Source of the DNA: Armatimonadota bacterium | Lineage (GTDB): Bacteria > Armatimonadota > HRBIN16 | Direction: 5' to 3' | Assembly (NCBI GenBank): GCA_049969495.1 | Contig: JBMFOT010000007.1 | Span: forward strand, 1,689-65,688 | Length of the DNA: 64,000 nt | In this document: positions 1 through 9,992 of the stretch, one piece after another | How the letters are laid out: each line of letters begins with the position of its first letter | Position numbering within the stretch: position 1 is the first letter of the stretch | Notes under the pieces: model-generated | The model's database searches: none | What the model was told of the DNA's origin: nothing | Seen by the model: only the letters and a program-made list of their open reading frames with translations | Translations under genes and position numbers: made by a program

Positions 1-4
1 TCTG

Positions 5-1822
5 GTGGTACAGATCCTGCTCCTTGTCGACAGTGACCAGACCGACTCGGTGCCAGAGATTGTTCATTTGCTGGAGGAGGCTTCGGTATCACTGCAGGAA
101 AAGGTGCCGCCAAGGTTACATCTGTTGGTTGTCCACCCTCATCCGAGTGCTTTCTCCCCCACCGTAGTTGGAGACCCTAGTGCCTTCGTCCGTACCGGTT
201 CACTCACTTTCTCTTCTACCTGGATACTTGCTCCTGTACGGTCGGACGGCTCGGTTCTCACTCTGGATGACCTTGAGACCGCTTTGCCCCACTTTCTCTT
301 CGCCTCCCTACAGCCGATTGACCATTACGAGAAACACTGGTTGTTTCGTAAGCCTCCATCCGCAGACAAAATCTGGCTCGTGCCCGGTTTTGGACTGGTA
401 GTGCTGCCTCTGCCGGAGATTGAGGACGCTTTAACGCACCAGCTGCTTGCAGACGCCTTTACCGAGCTGACTTCGGAGCCTGAGACCACACCAGAGGTTG
501 ACCCGGAGATACAGCAGGACGAGGTGACGTGGTGGCAACGCTTACTACAAGCCATACCGAACATCGCCTCGCAGGGGGCAGGGCTAACGCTGTCGCTTGC
601 GCAAGATAAGCCTAAACTCAGTGGTGACCCTCATCAATGGTTGCAAGAAACGGACGATTGGGATGCACACTGGCGCAAGGAAACATTGCCACAGTGTGAG
701 CAGGCGATGCTGTCGGCAGCAAACGAAATGCTGGAGGTGTTTCGCAGCTATCTCAGACAGTATATCCAGAATAATATGCTGGTATTTCGGGGTGCTCTGC
801 CTATACTCCGGTTCGCACTGGACAAAGCCGCCCAAGCGATGGACCGTTGGACAATCTTGAAAATGGAGCTGTCGGAACCCGGCGGAGAAACCGTGCAGTC
901 TGCGAGAACACGCTTCGAGGAGGCCCTCGAGCGGCTACCTGAACGAGGGCGATTGATAACCATAGCTACTTTGGTCACCCTCGTCTCGTGGGCGGTATTG
1001 CAAGGTGCCTTGTGGTTGTTGGCCCCTCGTCTGGGCGTCTACGTGTGGTGGGCGGTAGTGGTAGCTGCGGTTCTCCCCCCTGTACTGGCTGGTGGATGGG
1101 CGTACGCGTTCTATCGCCGACGAAAGGCATATCTTCAGGAATGCTGGGATGATTATCTGGGGCGTCTCCATGCACAACATGCTGAGATGCTCCGGTGGAG
1201 AGCGTTGCACGTCCTGCAAAACACGGCACAGGAAATGAAGGACGTTATTACCGACGAACTGCAGCGTGCTCAGCAACTGCAGCAGGACATCAACACTCGT
1301 ATTTCCCTCTGGAGACATCTGGCTCACACATTCCGGGTTATGTTACCCTTTCCCTTGCGGGCAATTGTCTCCAACTGGAAGCATATCCAGCCGATAGTAC
1401 AGGAGCTGTGGGGTAGACGCGACCTTACCAAAGTGCTTCGCAAAGGGCTGGAGGAGCTGGGCATCAGCACGCTCGTCGAACTGCAAGAGCGCACGGATGA
1501 TGTGGCTCAGTACCTGCGCCATCAGTTGCTTGACCACTGGATGACTCCAGAACACCGACAATCTGCATATTACCTGCGTCTCCGTTTCGGAAACGAAGAA
1601 GCCCTGCGCCAGTGGCTTGATGAGCAGATGAGTGAGGCGGCGCACGAGGCTGCAGCCCTGCTGTGGCGATGCGAACAACCCGCCCAACAGGGGTGGAAGT
1701 TATTCGCGGAAGGGCTCCCGATGCTGAACGGGATTACTCCTGGTGTCCCACACGGTGATGAAACTCTGGTGCTCCCTAATGTGTTTGGCAGAATTTGCGT
1801 AGGGCAGACTGATACTCCCTAA
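5..1822 (+). CDS. Hypothetical membrane protein (possibly 5'-truncated by the window edge)
   Basis: 605-aa ORF with two adjacent hydrophobic segments (~aa 315-370) flanked by helical regions; no family motif recognised; appears more A/T-rich than its neighbours. Confidence 0.7.
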   Translation: MVQILLLVDSDQTDSVPEIVHLLEEASVSLQEKVPPRLHLLVVHPHPSAFSPTVVGDPSAFVRTGSLTFSSTWILAPVRSDGSVLTLDDLETALPHFLFASLQPIDHYEKHWLFRKPPSADKIWLVPGFGLVVLPLPEIEDALTHQLLADAFTELTSEPETTPEVDPEIQQDEVTWWQRLLQAIPNIASQGAGLTLSLAQDKPKLSGDPHQWLQETDDWDAHWRKETLPQCEQAMLSAANEMLEVFRSYLRQYIQNNMLVFRGALPILRFALDKAAQAMDRWTILKMELSEPGGETVQSARTRFEEALERLPERGRLITIATLVTLVSWAVLQGALWLLAPRLGVYVWWAVVVAAVLPPVLAGGWAYAFYRRRKAYLQECWDDYLGRLHAQHAEMLRWRALHVLQNTAQEMKDVITDELQRAQQLQQDINTRISLWRHLAHTFRVMLPFPLRAIVSNWKHIQPIVQELWGRRDLTKVLRKGLEELGISTLVELQERTDDVAQYLRHQLLDHWMTPEHRQSAYYLRLRFGNEEALRQWLDEQMSEAAHEAAALLWRCEQPAQQGWKLFAEGLPMLNGITPGVPHGDETLVLPNVFGRICVGQTDTP

Positions 1823-1884
1823 TCCCCCCAAAGCAGGAACCCTCCCCATCTCCCGCCAAACTTTACCTCACGAGGAGGCTTCCT

Positions 1885-4800
1885 ATGCGTGTACTCATTC
1901 TGTTCACCGTGCTGTGTATCGGCATCACGCTGGGAAAGGCGGATAGCATGCCCAAAAAGAGCGTTGCCCTGTTCACACCTGAAGAGATACAGCGTGCGCG
2001 TCACCGTCTGGCGAACGAGGAGCCGGCGCGTCAGGCGGTGCAGGACATCCTGCAGATGGCAGAGCGATGGGCGCAGTGCAGTGATGACTACCTGCGCGAG
2101 ACCATCCCCCCGCCGCAGGTTCCTCGCGCGTTCAACATCAGCTTCTCCGGGTGCCCCGTGTGCGGTAGAGAAACCTTTAAATACGGCAACTACGGCTTCG
2201 AAACACCGCTGGAGAAACCGTGGAAGGTCATCTGTCCGAACTGCAAGAGCGAGTTCCCATCCAACGACTTCGGCGCGTTCCTGAAAAGCGGGATGAGCGA
2301 CCGCTCCCTGCTCACAGGCGACTATCCCGACGACGGCTGGGGCTGGAAGAAGCCCGGCGAGGAGAAGAAATACTGGTTCGTTGCCTACTACTGCCACTGG
2401 CACTGGATGCGCCACATCATCCCAGCGGTGCACAATCTGGCGCGGGCATACCTGCTAACCGGAGACCGACGCTACGCGCACAAGGCGCTGGTGATGCTCT
2501 GCCGTATCGCCGACTACTATCCCGATATGGACCACAACAAGCAGTCGCGCTACGCCACCGAGTTCTTACCCTCCTACACCGGCAAAATCGTCAACGCCAT
2601 CTGGGAGACAGGCGTGGCGACGAACCTCGCGGAGGCGGTGGATTTTGTCTGGGATGCCATCGACGAGGATGCGGAGCTGCACAGGTCGTTGGGCAAGGAC
2701 GCCGACGCCATCCGCCAGCATCTCTACCGCAACCTGCTAATGGAATTCGTCAAAGCCTTCAAGGAGTACCGTATTTCCGGTAACTATGGGATGCACCAGA
2801 AGACGCTGCTCACCACCGCCATTGTCTCCCAGGACCCGGAGCTGCTGAAGTGGTCAACCGATTACCTGCTGCACAACACGGGCGACCGCTACACACACGA
2901 GGGGTTACAGTTCGCGCTCGCTAACCTCTTCTTCCGCGAGGGGATGGGGCACGAATCCGCGCCCGGATACCATTTCCTCTGGAATCAGGAGGTGGCACGC
3001 ATCTGTGACACCCTGCAACGCGTAGGGGTGAATCTGTTCGAGCACCCGATGGTTCGTCGATTGTTCTACTATCCGTTCGAGATGAGTGCAGCAAAGGGGT
3101 TTACGCCCACCATCGGCGATTCGGGCAGTGTGGAGAGCTCGCGTATCGACTTGCCCGCGTGGATGGCGGAAATCGCCTACCGCCAGTATGGCGACCCGTT
3201 GTTCTATCCTTTCCTCCCCAAGCCGCAGGGCAACGCCGAACGCGCCTACACAGGGTTCGCCGACCTGTTCCTGCCGGCGTTCCCGCAGGCGCCCTCTGCC
3301 CAGCCCGACACCTCACCCTACGAGCGCTCGCGCCTGCTGGGCGATTATGGACTGGCAATTCTGCGCGGGGGAGAGGGCGAGAACCAGCGTGCGCTCACCC
3401 TGTACTACGGCTGGGCAGGCGGTGGACACGGGCATTACGACCGGCTCAATATCGAACTGTTCGCCTTTGGCAAAAAGTTACTGCCCGACCTCGGCTATCC
3501 GCAGTTTGCCGCCGACGACCCCGAGCCGCCCGGCTGGACGACGCACACCGTCAGCCACTGTACGGTGATGATCGACGCACAGCGACAGGCGAATTTGGCA
3601 AGGGGACGCCTGCATCGCTTCGCGCAATCACAGTGGGTACGACTCGTGGACGCCTCCGCCGAGAGCGTCTATCCCGATAGGGCGTCCCTCTACCGCCGAC
3701 AAACAGCCATGATAGACCTGCCGGGCGACGATGCCTTCTATGTGGTGGACGTGTTTCACGTGCGGGGCGGCAAACAGCATCATTACTCCCTGCACCTGCC
3801 GACGGCGGAGGTTCTGTACAGGGGCGTAGCGTTTCCCGAACCGCGCCCCGGTACGCTCGCGGGCGAGAACGTGCCCTTTGGCACGATGTACGACGACCCC
3901 CAGCGTGCGAACGCCACTTCAGGCTTTGACGGGTATACGGGTAGCGGCTTCGCCTTCCTCACCGAACCGCAGGAGACGCAAAGCGACCGTCCCTGGCTGG
4001 CAAGCTGGCGTCAGGGCGACACCCGCCTGCGCATCCACTGGCTGCCCACACAACCCATGCGCTTTATCGCCTGCAACGGCTATCCCAAGGGTAACCGCGC
4101 CAACCCACCGCTCAAATACCTGATTGCCCACACGCAGGCGGAAGGAGCAGAACCTCTACGCACCACCTTCGTCACGGTGATCGAGGCGTCGCGAAGCACG
4201 CCACCCATCCGCAGGGTGCGCCTGCTTCCGCTTTCGTCAGCCGGTGCAGACGCTGTGGCGATAGAGATAGTCCATCGGCACGGACGCGATGTGGTTTTGC
4301 TTTCCCTCACGCCGGAGAAGCGGGTGGAGTTGCCGGACGGTACCACCTGTGGAGCGGTTTTCGCGGTGATGCGTTATGATAGCGAAGGCGAACTCCGACA
4401 GGCGTTCGTGAGCGGTGGCGAGGTTGTTCATCGCGACCGGAAGCTACAGGCACACGACCTACGGGGAACCGTTACAGAGGTGTTGCCAGACAACCACGAG
4501 GTAGTGGTTCACCTGCAAGCCAACGTCACCGCGGAGACACTGCAACACCGCGCGGTGCTGTTCCGTGCGGGAGAGCATCAGGCGGACTACCAGATCCTCC
4601 GCGCCCGGCGCGAGGGCAACCGGTGGAGGCTGTGGCTGGGCGATTACGAGTTCCTGCGCGGCAGGGCGCTGGTCGGCGAGATCGACGAGGCACAGCGTGT
4701 CGTCCGCACGCCCACCGTGCTGGCTCTGGATGCGGTGGCACCCGTGCAGGGCATGGCGGTCAGCAACGAGGCGCGTACCGTCTGGTGGAGGTTGCGGTCC

Positions 4801-4953
4801 ACCCGCCGGGGCGAGATACTGCTGGAAGGAGACGCTCCCCTCGCCTCGCTGCGGACAGATTCCGACGGCGACGGTCGCGCCGTGCTGCTCATCTGGGACA
4901 TCGGTACGGGCGACAGCGTGCTTATCCCGGCTCAGGCGGAAGTCGCTCGCTAG
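1885..4953 (+). CDS. Secreted heparinase II/III-like polysaccharide lyase family protein
   Basis: GAGGAGG RBS; signal peptide; GGGHGHYDRLNIELFAFG and WTTHTVSHCTVMID motifs typical of Hepar_II_III; N-terminal CPVC..CPNC. Confidence 0.8.
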   Translation: MRVLILFTVLCIGITLGKADSMPKKSVALFTPEEIQRARHRLANEEPARQAVQDILQMAERWAQCSDDYLRETIPPPQVPRAFNISFSGCPVCGRETFKYGNYGFETPLEKPWKVICPNCKSEFPSNDFGAFLKSGMSDRSLLTGDYPDDGWGWKKPGEEKKYWFVAYYCHWHWMRHIIPAVHNLARAYLLTGDRRYAHKALVMLCRIADYYPDMDHNKQSRYATEFLPSYTGKIVNAIWETGVATNLAEAVDFVWDAIDEDAELHRSLGKDADAIRQHLYRNLLMEFVKAFKEYRISGNYGMHQKTLLTTAIVSQDPELLKWSTDYLLHNTGDRYTHEGLQFALANLFFREGMGHESAPGYHFLWNQEVARICDTLQRVGVNLFEHPMVRRLFYYPFEMSAAKGFTPTIGDSGSVESSRIDLPAWMAEIAYRQYGDPLFYPFLPKPQGNAERAYTGFADLFLPAFPQAPSAQPDTSPYERSRLLGDYGLAILRGGEGENQRALTLYYGWAGGGHGHYDRLNIELFAFGKKLLPDLGYPQFAADDPEPPGWTTHTVSHCTVMIDAQRQANLARGRLHRFAQSQWVRLVDASAESVYPDRASLYRRQTAMIDLPGDDAFYVVDVFHVRGGKQHHYSLHLPTAEVLYRGVAFPEPRPGTLAGENVPFGTMYDDPQRANATSGFDGYTGSGFAFLTEPQETQSDRPWLASWRQGDTRLRIHWLPTQPMRFIACNGYPKGNRANPPLKYLIAHTQAEGAEPLRTTFVTVIEASRSTPPIRRVRLLPLSSAGADAVAIEIVHRHGRDVVLLSLTPEKRVELPDGTTCGAVFAVMRYDSEGELRQAFVSGGEVVHRDRKLQAHDLRGTVTEVLPDNHEVVVHLQANVTAETLQHRAVLFRAGEHQADYQILRARREGNRWRLWLGDYEFLRGRALVGEIDEAQRVVRTPTVLALDAVAPVQGMAVSNEARTVWWRLRSTRRGEILLEGDAPLASLRTDSDGDGRAVLLIWDIGTGDSVLIPAQAEVAR

Positions 4954-4979
4954 GGGAATAGCCCCTGCAACGCCTTGCC

Positions 4980-5035
4980 AAACCTCCCCACAAAGGTTCT
5001 CACTGTGTATAGACGCAGAGGGCGAGGGGAGGTTT
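4980..5035. terminator. Stem-loop between the lyase and GH38 genes (terminator or mRNA-processing hairpin candidate)
   Basis: Perfect 10-bp arms AAACCTCCCC (4980-4989) and GGGGAGGTTT (5026-5035); no long U-tract. Confidence 0.35.
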
Positions 5036-5156
5036 CCAGCCGAGCGTTAGCGGAGCATCTCGGTTCTCATGGGCAGGAAGAGCACCCTTGTCAGGAGAAA
5101 CTACCGGTACTGTCTCGGCAAACAACGCCAAGTACGGAGGTGACGAGAGGGCATCC

Positions 5157-8100
5157 ATGCTCAAGCATCCTGAACTCACTCTGGCGCGGGTGGAGCGTTT
5201 TATCCGCAACGACCTCCAGCCCCGCATCTGGGCACAACAGATACCCATGCAGGCGGCGGTGTACCGCCCTGAAGGCAAAATCTCCCCCGAAGACGCCCCA
5301 CGACAAGCGTATGTGCCTGTGGAGCCGGGGTATACCTGGGGACCGATATGGAGCGATGCGTGGTTTCGCTTTACCGCTCTGGTTCCCCCCGAATGGCGCG
5401 GAGAAGCCATCTGTGCGCTGATAGACTGCGGAGCGGAGGCGGTGGTCTGGGTGGGAAACGACCCACGACAGGGCATCGACGGAAACCACCGCGAGTATCT
5501 GGTCACCGAGTCGGCGCGGGGAGGCGAGGAAATCACCCTCTACGTGCAGGCAACAGGCATGAACCCGTATGTGAGCGTGGATGCCAAACCGGTAGAGCCT
5601 CCGCCAAACCCCTTCACCTTCCGTATGGCGAATCTGGCGGTGTGGCACCGCGACATCACTGCACTATACTTCGATATGCGCGTGGCGCTGGAGGTGCTAA
5701 AGGAACTGCCCGCGAACGAACCTCGCCGGGCGCAACTGCTGACCGCGCTGAACGCCGCCGTCAACGCCTTCGACCCCGACGACCGAAACAGCATCGCCCG
5801 CTGTCGCCAAATCGTTGCGCAGGTGTATAACAAGCCCGCTTGCCCCTCTGCGCACGAGATCAGCGCGATTGGACATGCCCATATCGATACCGCGTGGCTG
5901 TGGCCCCTCGAACGCACACAGCAGAAGTGCATTCATACCTTTGCCACCGCCCTGCGCCTGATGGACATGTATCCCGAATACAAGTTCATCTGCTCGCAGG
6001 CACAGCAGTATGCGTGGGTGAAGGAGCTGGCTCCGCGTCTGTACGAGCGCATCAAGCAGAAGGTGCGTGAGGGGCAGTGGGAAGTGGCTGGCTCGATGTG
6101 GGTGGAAGCGGATTGCAACATCACCGGCGGCGAGTCGCTGGTACGGCAGATTCTGTACGGCAAACGGTTCTGGATGCAGGAATTCGGTATCGAAACGGTA
6201 GACCTGTGGCTGCCGGACGTGTTCGGTTACGCGGCGTGCCTGCCGCAAATCCTGAAGAAGGCGGGCGTCCGCTATTTTATGACCCAGAAAATCAGCTGGA
6301 ACCAGATGAACAAGTTCCCGCATCACACCTTCCTGTGGCAGGGCATCGACGGCACGCGCATCTTCACGCACTTTCCCCCCGCCGACACCTACAACGGCAA
6401 CATGACACCGCGCGAACTGATGTACCACGTGCACAACTTCCGTGAGCACGACCGCGCCAGCCGCGCGCTCTACATTTACGGTTATGGCGACGGCGGAGGC
6501 GGTCCCACCGTGCAGATGCTGGAATACGCCCGACGCCTGCGCGACGTGGAGGGGATGCCGCGCGTGACGCTGGAGTTCGCCCGCGACTTCTTTGCAAAGG
6601 CGGAGGCAGAGGCCAAAGACCTGCCCGTGTGGGTAGGCGAGCTCTATCTGGAGCTGCATCGCGGAACCTACACCACGCAGGCACGCAATAAGCGACACAA
6701 CCGCAAGAGCGAGTTCCTGCTGCGCGAGGCGGAATTTCTCTCCTGCGTGCGCCCCGACGGGCTGAGCCGCTACCCGGCTCAGGAGCTCGAGCGCGCGTGG
6801 AAGCTGGTTCTGCTCAACCAGTTCCATGACATCATCCCCGGCTCATCGGTGAGCGAGGTGTATCGCGACTCCGAGCGCGACTATGCGCAGGTGCGGGAGA
6901 TTGCAGAGCGAATCATCGACGACGCCCTGCACGCCATCGGTGAGCAGGTGAACACCGAAGGGATGCGGATGCCTGTGCTGGTGGTGCGCACAACGCCCCC
7001 CGCGCCTTCTACACAGGTGGTTGCAGTGGCCTTGCCTGACGGTGTTGCTCCACGTTCCGCGCTCTTTGACGAAACGGTGCTGCCCGTACAGGTGGTGGAG
7101 GATGGGAACGTCCGTGTCGCCCTGCTGGAAGACTGGTGCGCCTCGGAAGGGTATGCTTACACCGTGTACGACCTGCGTGAGGAACCTTGCGAGGAAGCCA
7201 ATCCGTTTACCGTCTCCCCTTGCGTGCTGGACAACGGCATCCTGCGGATAGAGTTCGATGCGCGGGGGCTGATAGAACGCATTTACGACCGCGAGAACGG
7301 GCGCGAGGTGCTTGCGCCCGGTGAGAGGGGCAATCAGCTACAGCTGTTCGAGGACAAGCCCCTCTACTGGGACGCGTGGGACATCGACGTCTTCTATCAG
7401 GAGAAAGGGCGCGTGATTACCGAACTGGACTCGGTAGAGGTGGTGGAGAGCGGGCCGGTTCGGGCAGCCATCCGCTTCACACGCCCCTTCGGCAACTCAC
7501 GCATCACCCAGACGGTGCAGCTGGCGAAGGGTAGTCGGCGCATCGATTTCGTGACCGAAGTGGACTGGTACGAGGAGCATAAACTGCTCAAGGTGGCTTT
7601 TCCTGTGGCGATTAACAGCCAGCGCGCGACTTACGAGATACAGTATGGTCATGTGGAGCGTCCAACACACTACAACACCAGCTGGGACATGGCGCGTTTC
7701 GAGGTCTCCGCGCAAAAGTGGGTAGACCTGAGCGAACACGGCTACGGCGTAGCGTTGCTCAACGACTGCAAGTACGGGCACGACGTGTTCGGTAACACCC
7801 TGCGCCTCACCCTGCTGCGTGCGCCCAAAGCCCCCGACCCTGAGGCGGACATGGGACATCACCGCTTCACCTATTCGCTGTTTCCCCATGCGGGCACGCT
7901 GCAGGAGAGCGGGGTGATTGAAGAGGCATACTGGCTGAACTGCCCACCCAGAGCGACGATATTGCCTGCGGACCGGCACGGCAGCAGGAACACCGAAGAA
8001 CAGTTCTTCTGGCTGAATCGTGACGGGGTGATCCTCGAATCGGTCAAAAAGGCGGAAGACGAAGAGGCAATTATCGTTCGGCTGTACGAAGCGTACAACT

Positions 8101-8264
8101 CGCGCGGAGAGGTCACCGTGACCACCAGCCTGCCCGTGCGCGAGGCGGTGCTTTGTGACCTGTTGGAACGGGATACCCAGCCTCTGCAGGTGCAGGACGG
8201 TTCCTTCACCATCACCGTTCAGCCCTTTGAGATAGTCACGGTGAAGCTGCGGTTGACAACGTGA
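5157..8264 (+). CDS. Alpha-mannosidase, GH38
   Basis: GHAHIDTAWLWP, WLPDVFGY, YGYGDGGGGPT, LYLELHRGTYT and NQFHDIIPGSS motifs; start moved to ATG 5157 (MLKHP). Confidence 0.93.
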   Translation: MLKHPELTLARVERFIRNDLQPRIWAQQIPMQAAVYRPEGKISPEDAPRQAYVPVEPGYTWGPIWSDAWFRFTALVPPEWRGEAICALIDCGAEAVVWVGNDPRQGIDGNHREYLVTESARGGEEITLYVQATGMNPYVSVDAKPVEPPPNPFTFRMANLAVWHRDITALYFDMRVALEVLKELPANEPRRAQLLTALNAAVNAFDPDDRNSIARCRQIVAQVYNKPACPSAHEISAIGHAHIDTAWLWPLERTQQKCIHTFATALRLMDMYPEYKFICSQAQQYAWVKELAPRLYERIKQKVREGQWEVAGSMWVEADCNITGGESLVRQILYGKRFWMQEFGIETVDLWLPDVFGYAACLPQILKKAGVRYFMTQKISWNQMNKFPHHTFLWQGIDGTRIFTHFPPADTYNGNMTPRELMYHVHNFREHDRASRALYIYGYGDGGGGPTVQMLEYARRLRDVEGMPRVTLEFARDFFAKAEAEAKDLPVWVGELYLELHRGTYTTQARNKRHNRKSEFLLREAEFLSCVRPDGLSRYPAQELERAWKLVLLNQFHDIIPGSSVSEVYRDSERDYAQVREIAERIIDDALHAIGEQVNTEGMRMPVLVVRTTPPAPSTQVVAVALPDGVAPRSALFDETVLPVQVVEDGNVRVALLEDWCASEGYAYTVYDLREEPCEEANPFTVSPCVLDNGILRIEFDARGLIERIYDRENGREVLAPGERGNQLQLFEDKPLYWDAWDIDVFYQEKGRVITELDSVEVVESGPVRAAIRFTRPFGNSRITQTVQLAKGSRRIDFVTEVDWYEEHKLLKVAFPVAINSQRATYEIQYGHVERPTHYNTSWDMARFEVSAQKWVDLSEHGYGVALLNDCKYGHDVFGNTLRLTLLRAPKAPDPEADMGHHRFTYSLFPHAGTLQESGVIEEAYWLNCPPRATILPADRHGSRNTEEQFFWLNRDGVILESVKKAEDEEAIIVRLYEAYNSRGEVTVTTSLPVREAVLCDLLERDTQPLQVQDGSFTITVQPFEIVTVKLRLTT

Positions 8265-8282
8265 ACCGTCTCATGCTACAGT
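8253..8282 (+). promoter_or_regulatory. Sigma70-type promoter candidate for the lipoprotein/beta-barrel pair
   Basis: TTGACA-N18-TACAGT with TG extension. Confidence 0.45.
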
Positions 8283-8332
8283 GAGAGCCGGTATTCTTAC
8301 CGGTAAATCCGGAGGGATGAGGTAAAACGAGC

Positions 8333-9064
8333 ATGGTAAAGAGGATGCGTGTGCTGGCTGGCGTTATTGCGGCAGGGTGGGCGGCGCTGGTTTTGAGTGG
8401 TTGCGGTGGCGGAGGCGCCGCTGCCCCCCCATCACAATATATCATCCTGACCAACGGCAAAGTGGTGACCGAACAGGGGGCAGGCGTTGTGATTATCAAA
8501 GCCGGAGAATCGCAGATACCAGGCGTGGGCTTTGACCAGGATGTGGTGATGGTGAGCCTTTACCAGGGAGATGGCTTTGTCAATCCTCGAACGGACACTC
8601 CCCCCCCTTCCAGCTTTCTGCGCACTTTCCGCGTGAGCCGAGATGGCACTCTACTGGACGACCTGCAACTGCCCGAAGGGCGGTACACCGCCGTCGCGGA
8701 GAATATCCGTGTGGTACAGGACGGCAAGGAGTTCCGCAGTGCCCTCACCGCGTACGTGTTCGATGTGTTTGCAAAAGAAGGCACCCTGCGCACTACCTTG
8801 CCCACCAAGTTCGAGGCGAGGTTTCCCGCACTGGGGGCGGTCATTGAGAACTCGTATGTGGCGTTCCTGACCGACGTTGGAGCCACAGGAGGTACCTCCC
8901 GCCTGTTTGTGCAGCACGCCAACGGTACGGTGGATATGACACGCTCCTTTGTTGGGCAGACGGAAGCAGGCGTTCCGGTAGCAGCAGTCAGCTTCGAAGC
9001 AATACCCGGCGGACCTACTCTGGGCAACGTCTCCCGTCTGATATTGAAAGCGTTAAAGCCATGA
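8333..9064 (+). CDS. Lipoprotein of unknown function
   Basis: Basic N-region, hydrophobic stretch, lipobox LSGC followed by a GGGG linker. Confidence 0.8.
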   Translation: MVKRMRVLAGVIAAGWAALVLSGCGGGGAAAPPSQYIILTNGKVVTEQGAGVVIIKAGESQIPGVGFDQDVVMVSLYQGDGFVNPRTDTPPPSSFLRTFRVSRDGTLLDDLQLPEGRYTAVAENIRVVQDGKEFRSALTAYVFDVFAKEGTLRTTLPTKFEARFPALGAVIENSYVAFLTDVGATGGTSRLFVQHANGTVDMTRSFVGQTEAGVPVAAVSFEAIPGGPTLGNVSRLILKALKP

Positions 9065-9984
9065 ATCGTCCTCCGATACCGGTTGCGCTCAGGGAGTGCG
9101 CGAAAGGGAACCTATCCCCCTGTCCCCCTTCCCTGCGAGGGGAGGGGGAACGCCCCTCTCCCTGGGGGAGAGGGGTTGGAGGAGAGGTCTTACTCACGTC
9201 CCTTTACCTCCTTATGGCGCTGATATTCCTTCTTTCCACCGGTGCGTGGGCGCAGGAGACAAATCGTGTGCACCTCTGCACCACCTGGCGTGCCGCCGAG
9301 GCAGAGGGGCGCACTCTGTGGGTGAGCGAACAGTCGGTCGCCCTGCGGGTAGATAGCCGTACAGAGCTGCAGGTTGGCTGGCAGAAGATTGTGGCGAAAG
9401 GGCGCGTGCGCACTAATCGCTTTTCCACCTCCGCCCGGTGGTTTGGGGCAGAGTACTTGCTCCGAGACGAGGGCGACCGTCGACTGATGCTGTCGGTACG
9501 CCGGCTGGAAGGCGGGGAAGGCGTTGCGGATGTGGCGGAGGGAGTTTTCACCTACGTGGCTCCGCGTGTGGATACGACCAGCCTGCTCTCTATCCGGCAC
9601 GACCGCGCGTGGACGACGACGTATCGCCTTTGCTACTCGCGCACGCACGCGGGCACGGAGTCGGCAGATACCGTTGGGCTGTCGGTCGGTGCGGTTTCCA
9701 CGCGAGCAGCGCGCTGGCAGGTACAGCTGGACGGTGGCATCTACGTCGACCGTCACAGAGAGACTACCTATCGCCCTGTGCTGAGCGGAGCGGTCAGCTT
9801 CGCTCTGGGGCGTGGATTGCGGGCGCAGTTCGGAGCCACCTTCGCGCCGAGCGGCTTTCCCGTTGCAGGCACATCCATAGAAGGGCTGACCGCGTTTGTG
9901 CTGTATCGCCCGGGCGGTCTGGTGGAAGGTTGGCGTGACCGCCCGGCGGGTTACCTGAGCCTGCAGCTCGGCATGGAGAGATAG
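9061..9984 (+). CDS. Secreted, probably outer-membrane beta-barrel-like protein with an in-frame palindromic insertion near its N-terminus
   Basis: ATGA overlap with the upstream stop; AWA-Q signal cleavage site; alternating-residue strands; ends GYLSLQLGMER. Confidence 0.6.
   Translation: MNRPPIPVALRECAKGNLSPCPPSLRGEGERPSPWGRGVGGEVLLTSLYLLMALIFLLSTGAWAQETNRVHLCTTWRAAEAEGRTLWVSEQSVALRVDSRTELQVGWQKIVAKGRVRTNRFSTSARWFGAEYLLRDEGDRRLMLSVRRLEGGEGVADVAEGVFTYVAPRVDTTSLLSIRHDRAWTTTYRLCYSRTHAGTESADTVGLSVGAVSTRAARWQVQLDGGIYVDRHRETTYRPVLSGAVSFALGRGLRAQFGATFAPSGFPVAGTSIEGLTAFVLYRPGGLVEGWRDRPAGYLSLQLGMER
9109..9189. repeat. Palindromic element family A (CCCC/GGGG-rich), copy 1, inside a CDS
   Basis: aacctatcccc...ccccttccctgcga...gagggg...ggagaggt; shares both ends with 54691-54782. 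Confidence 0.8.
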
Positions 9985-9992
9985 CAGGTGCG

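Noticed and set aside
4955-5150. Riboswitch in the lyase-GH38 intergenic region
   Set aside because: Hairpins are present but no known aptamer consensus was recognised; an Rfam/Infernal scan would be needed.
5088-5156. N-terminal extension of GH38 from the ORF-track start
   Set aside because: The family-like N-terminus begins at MLKHP (5157), which has a purine-rich upstream sequence.
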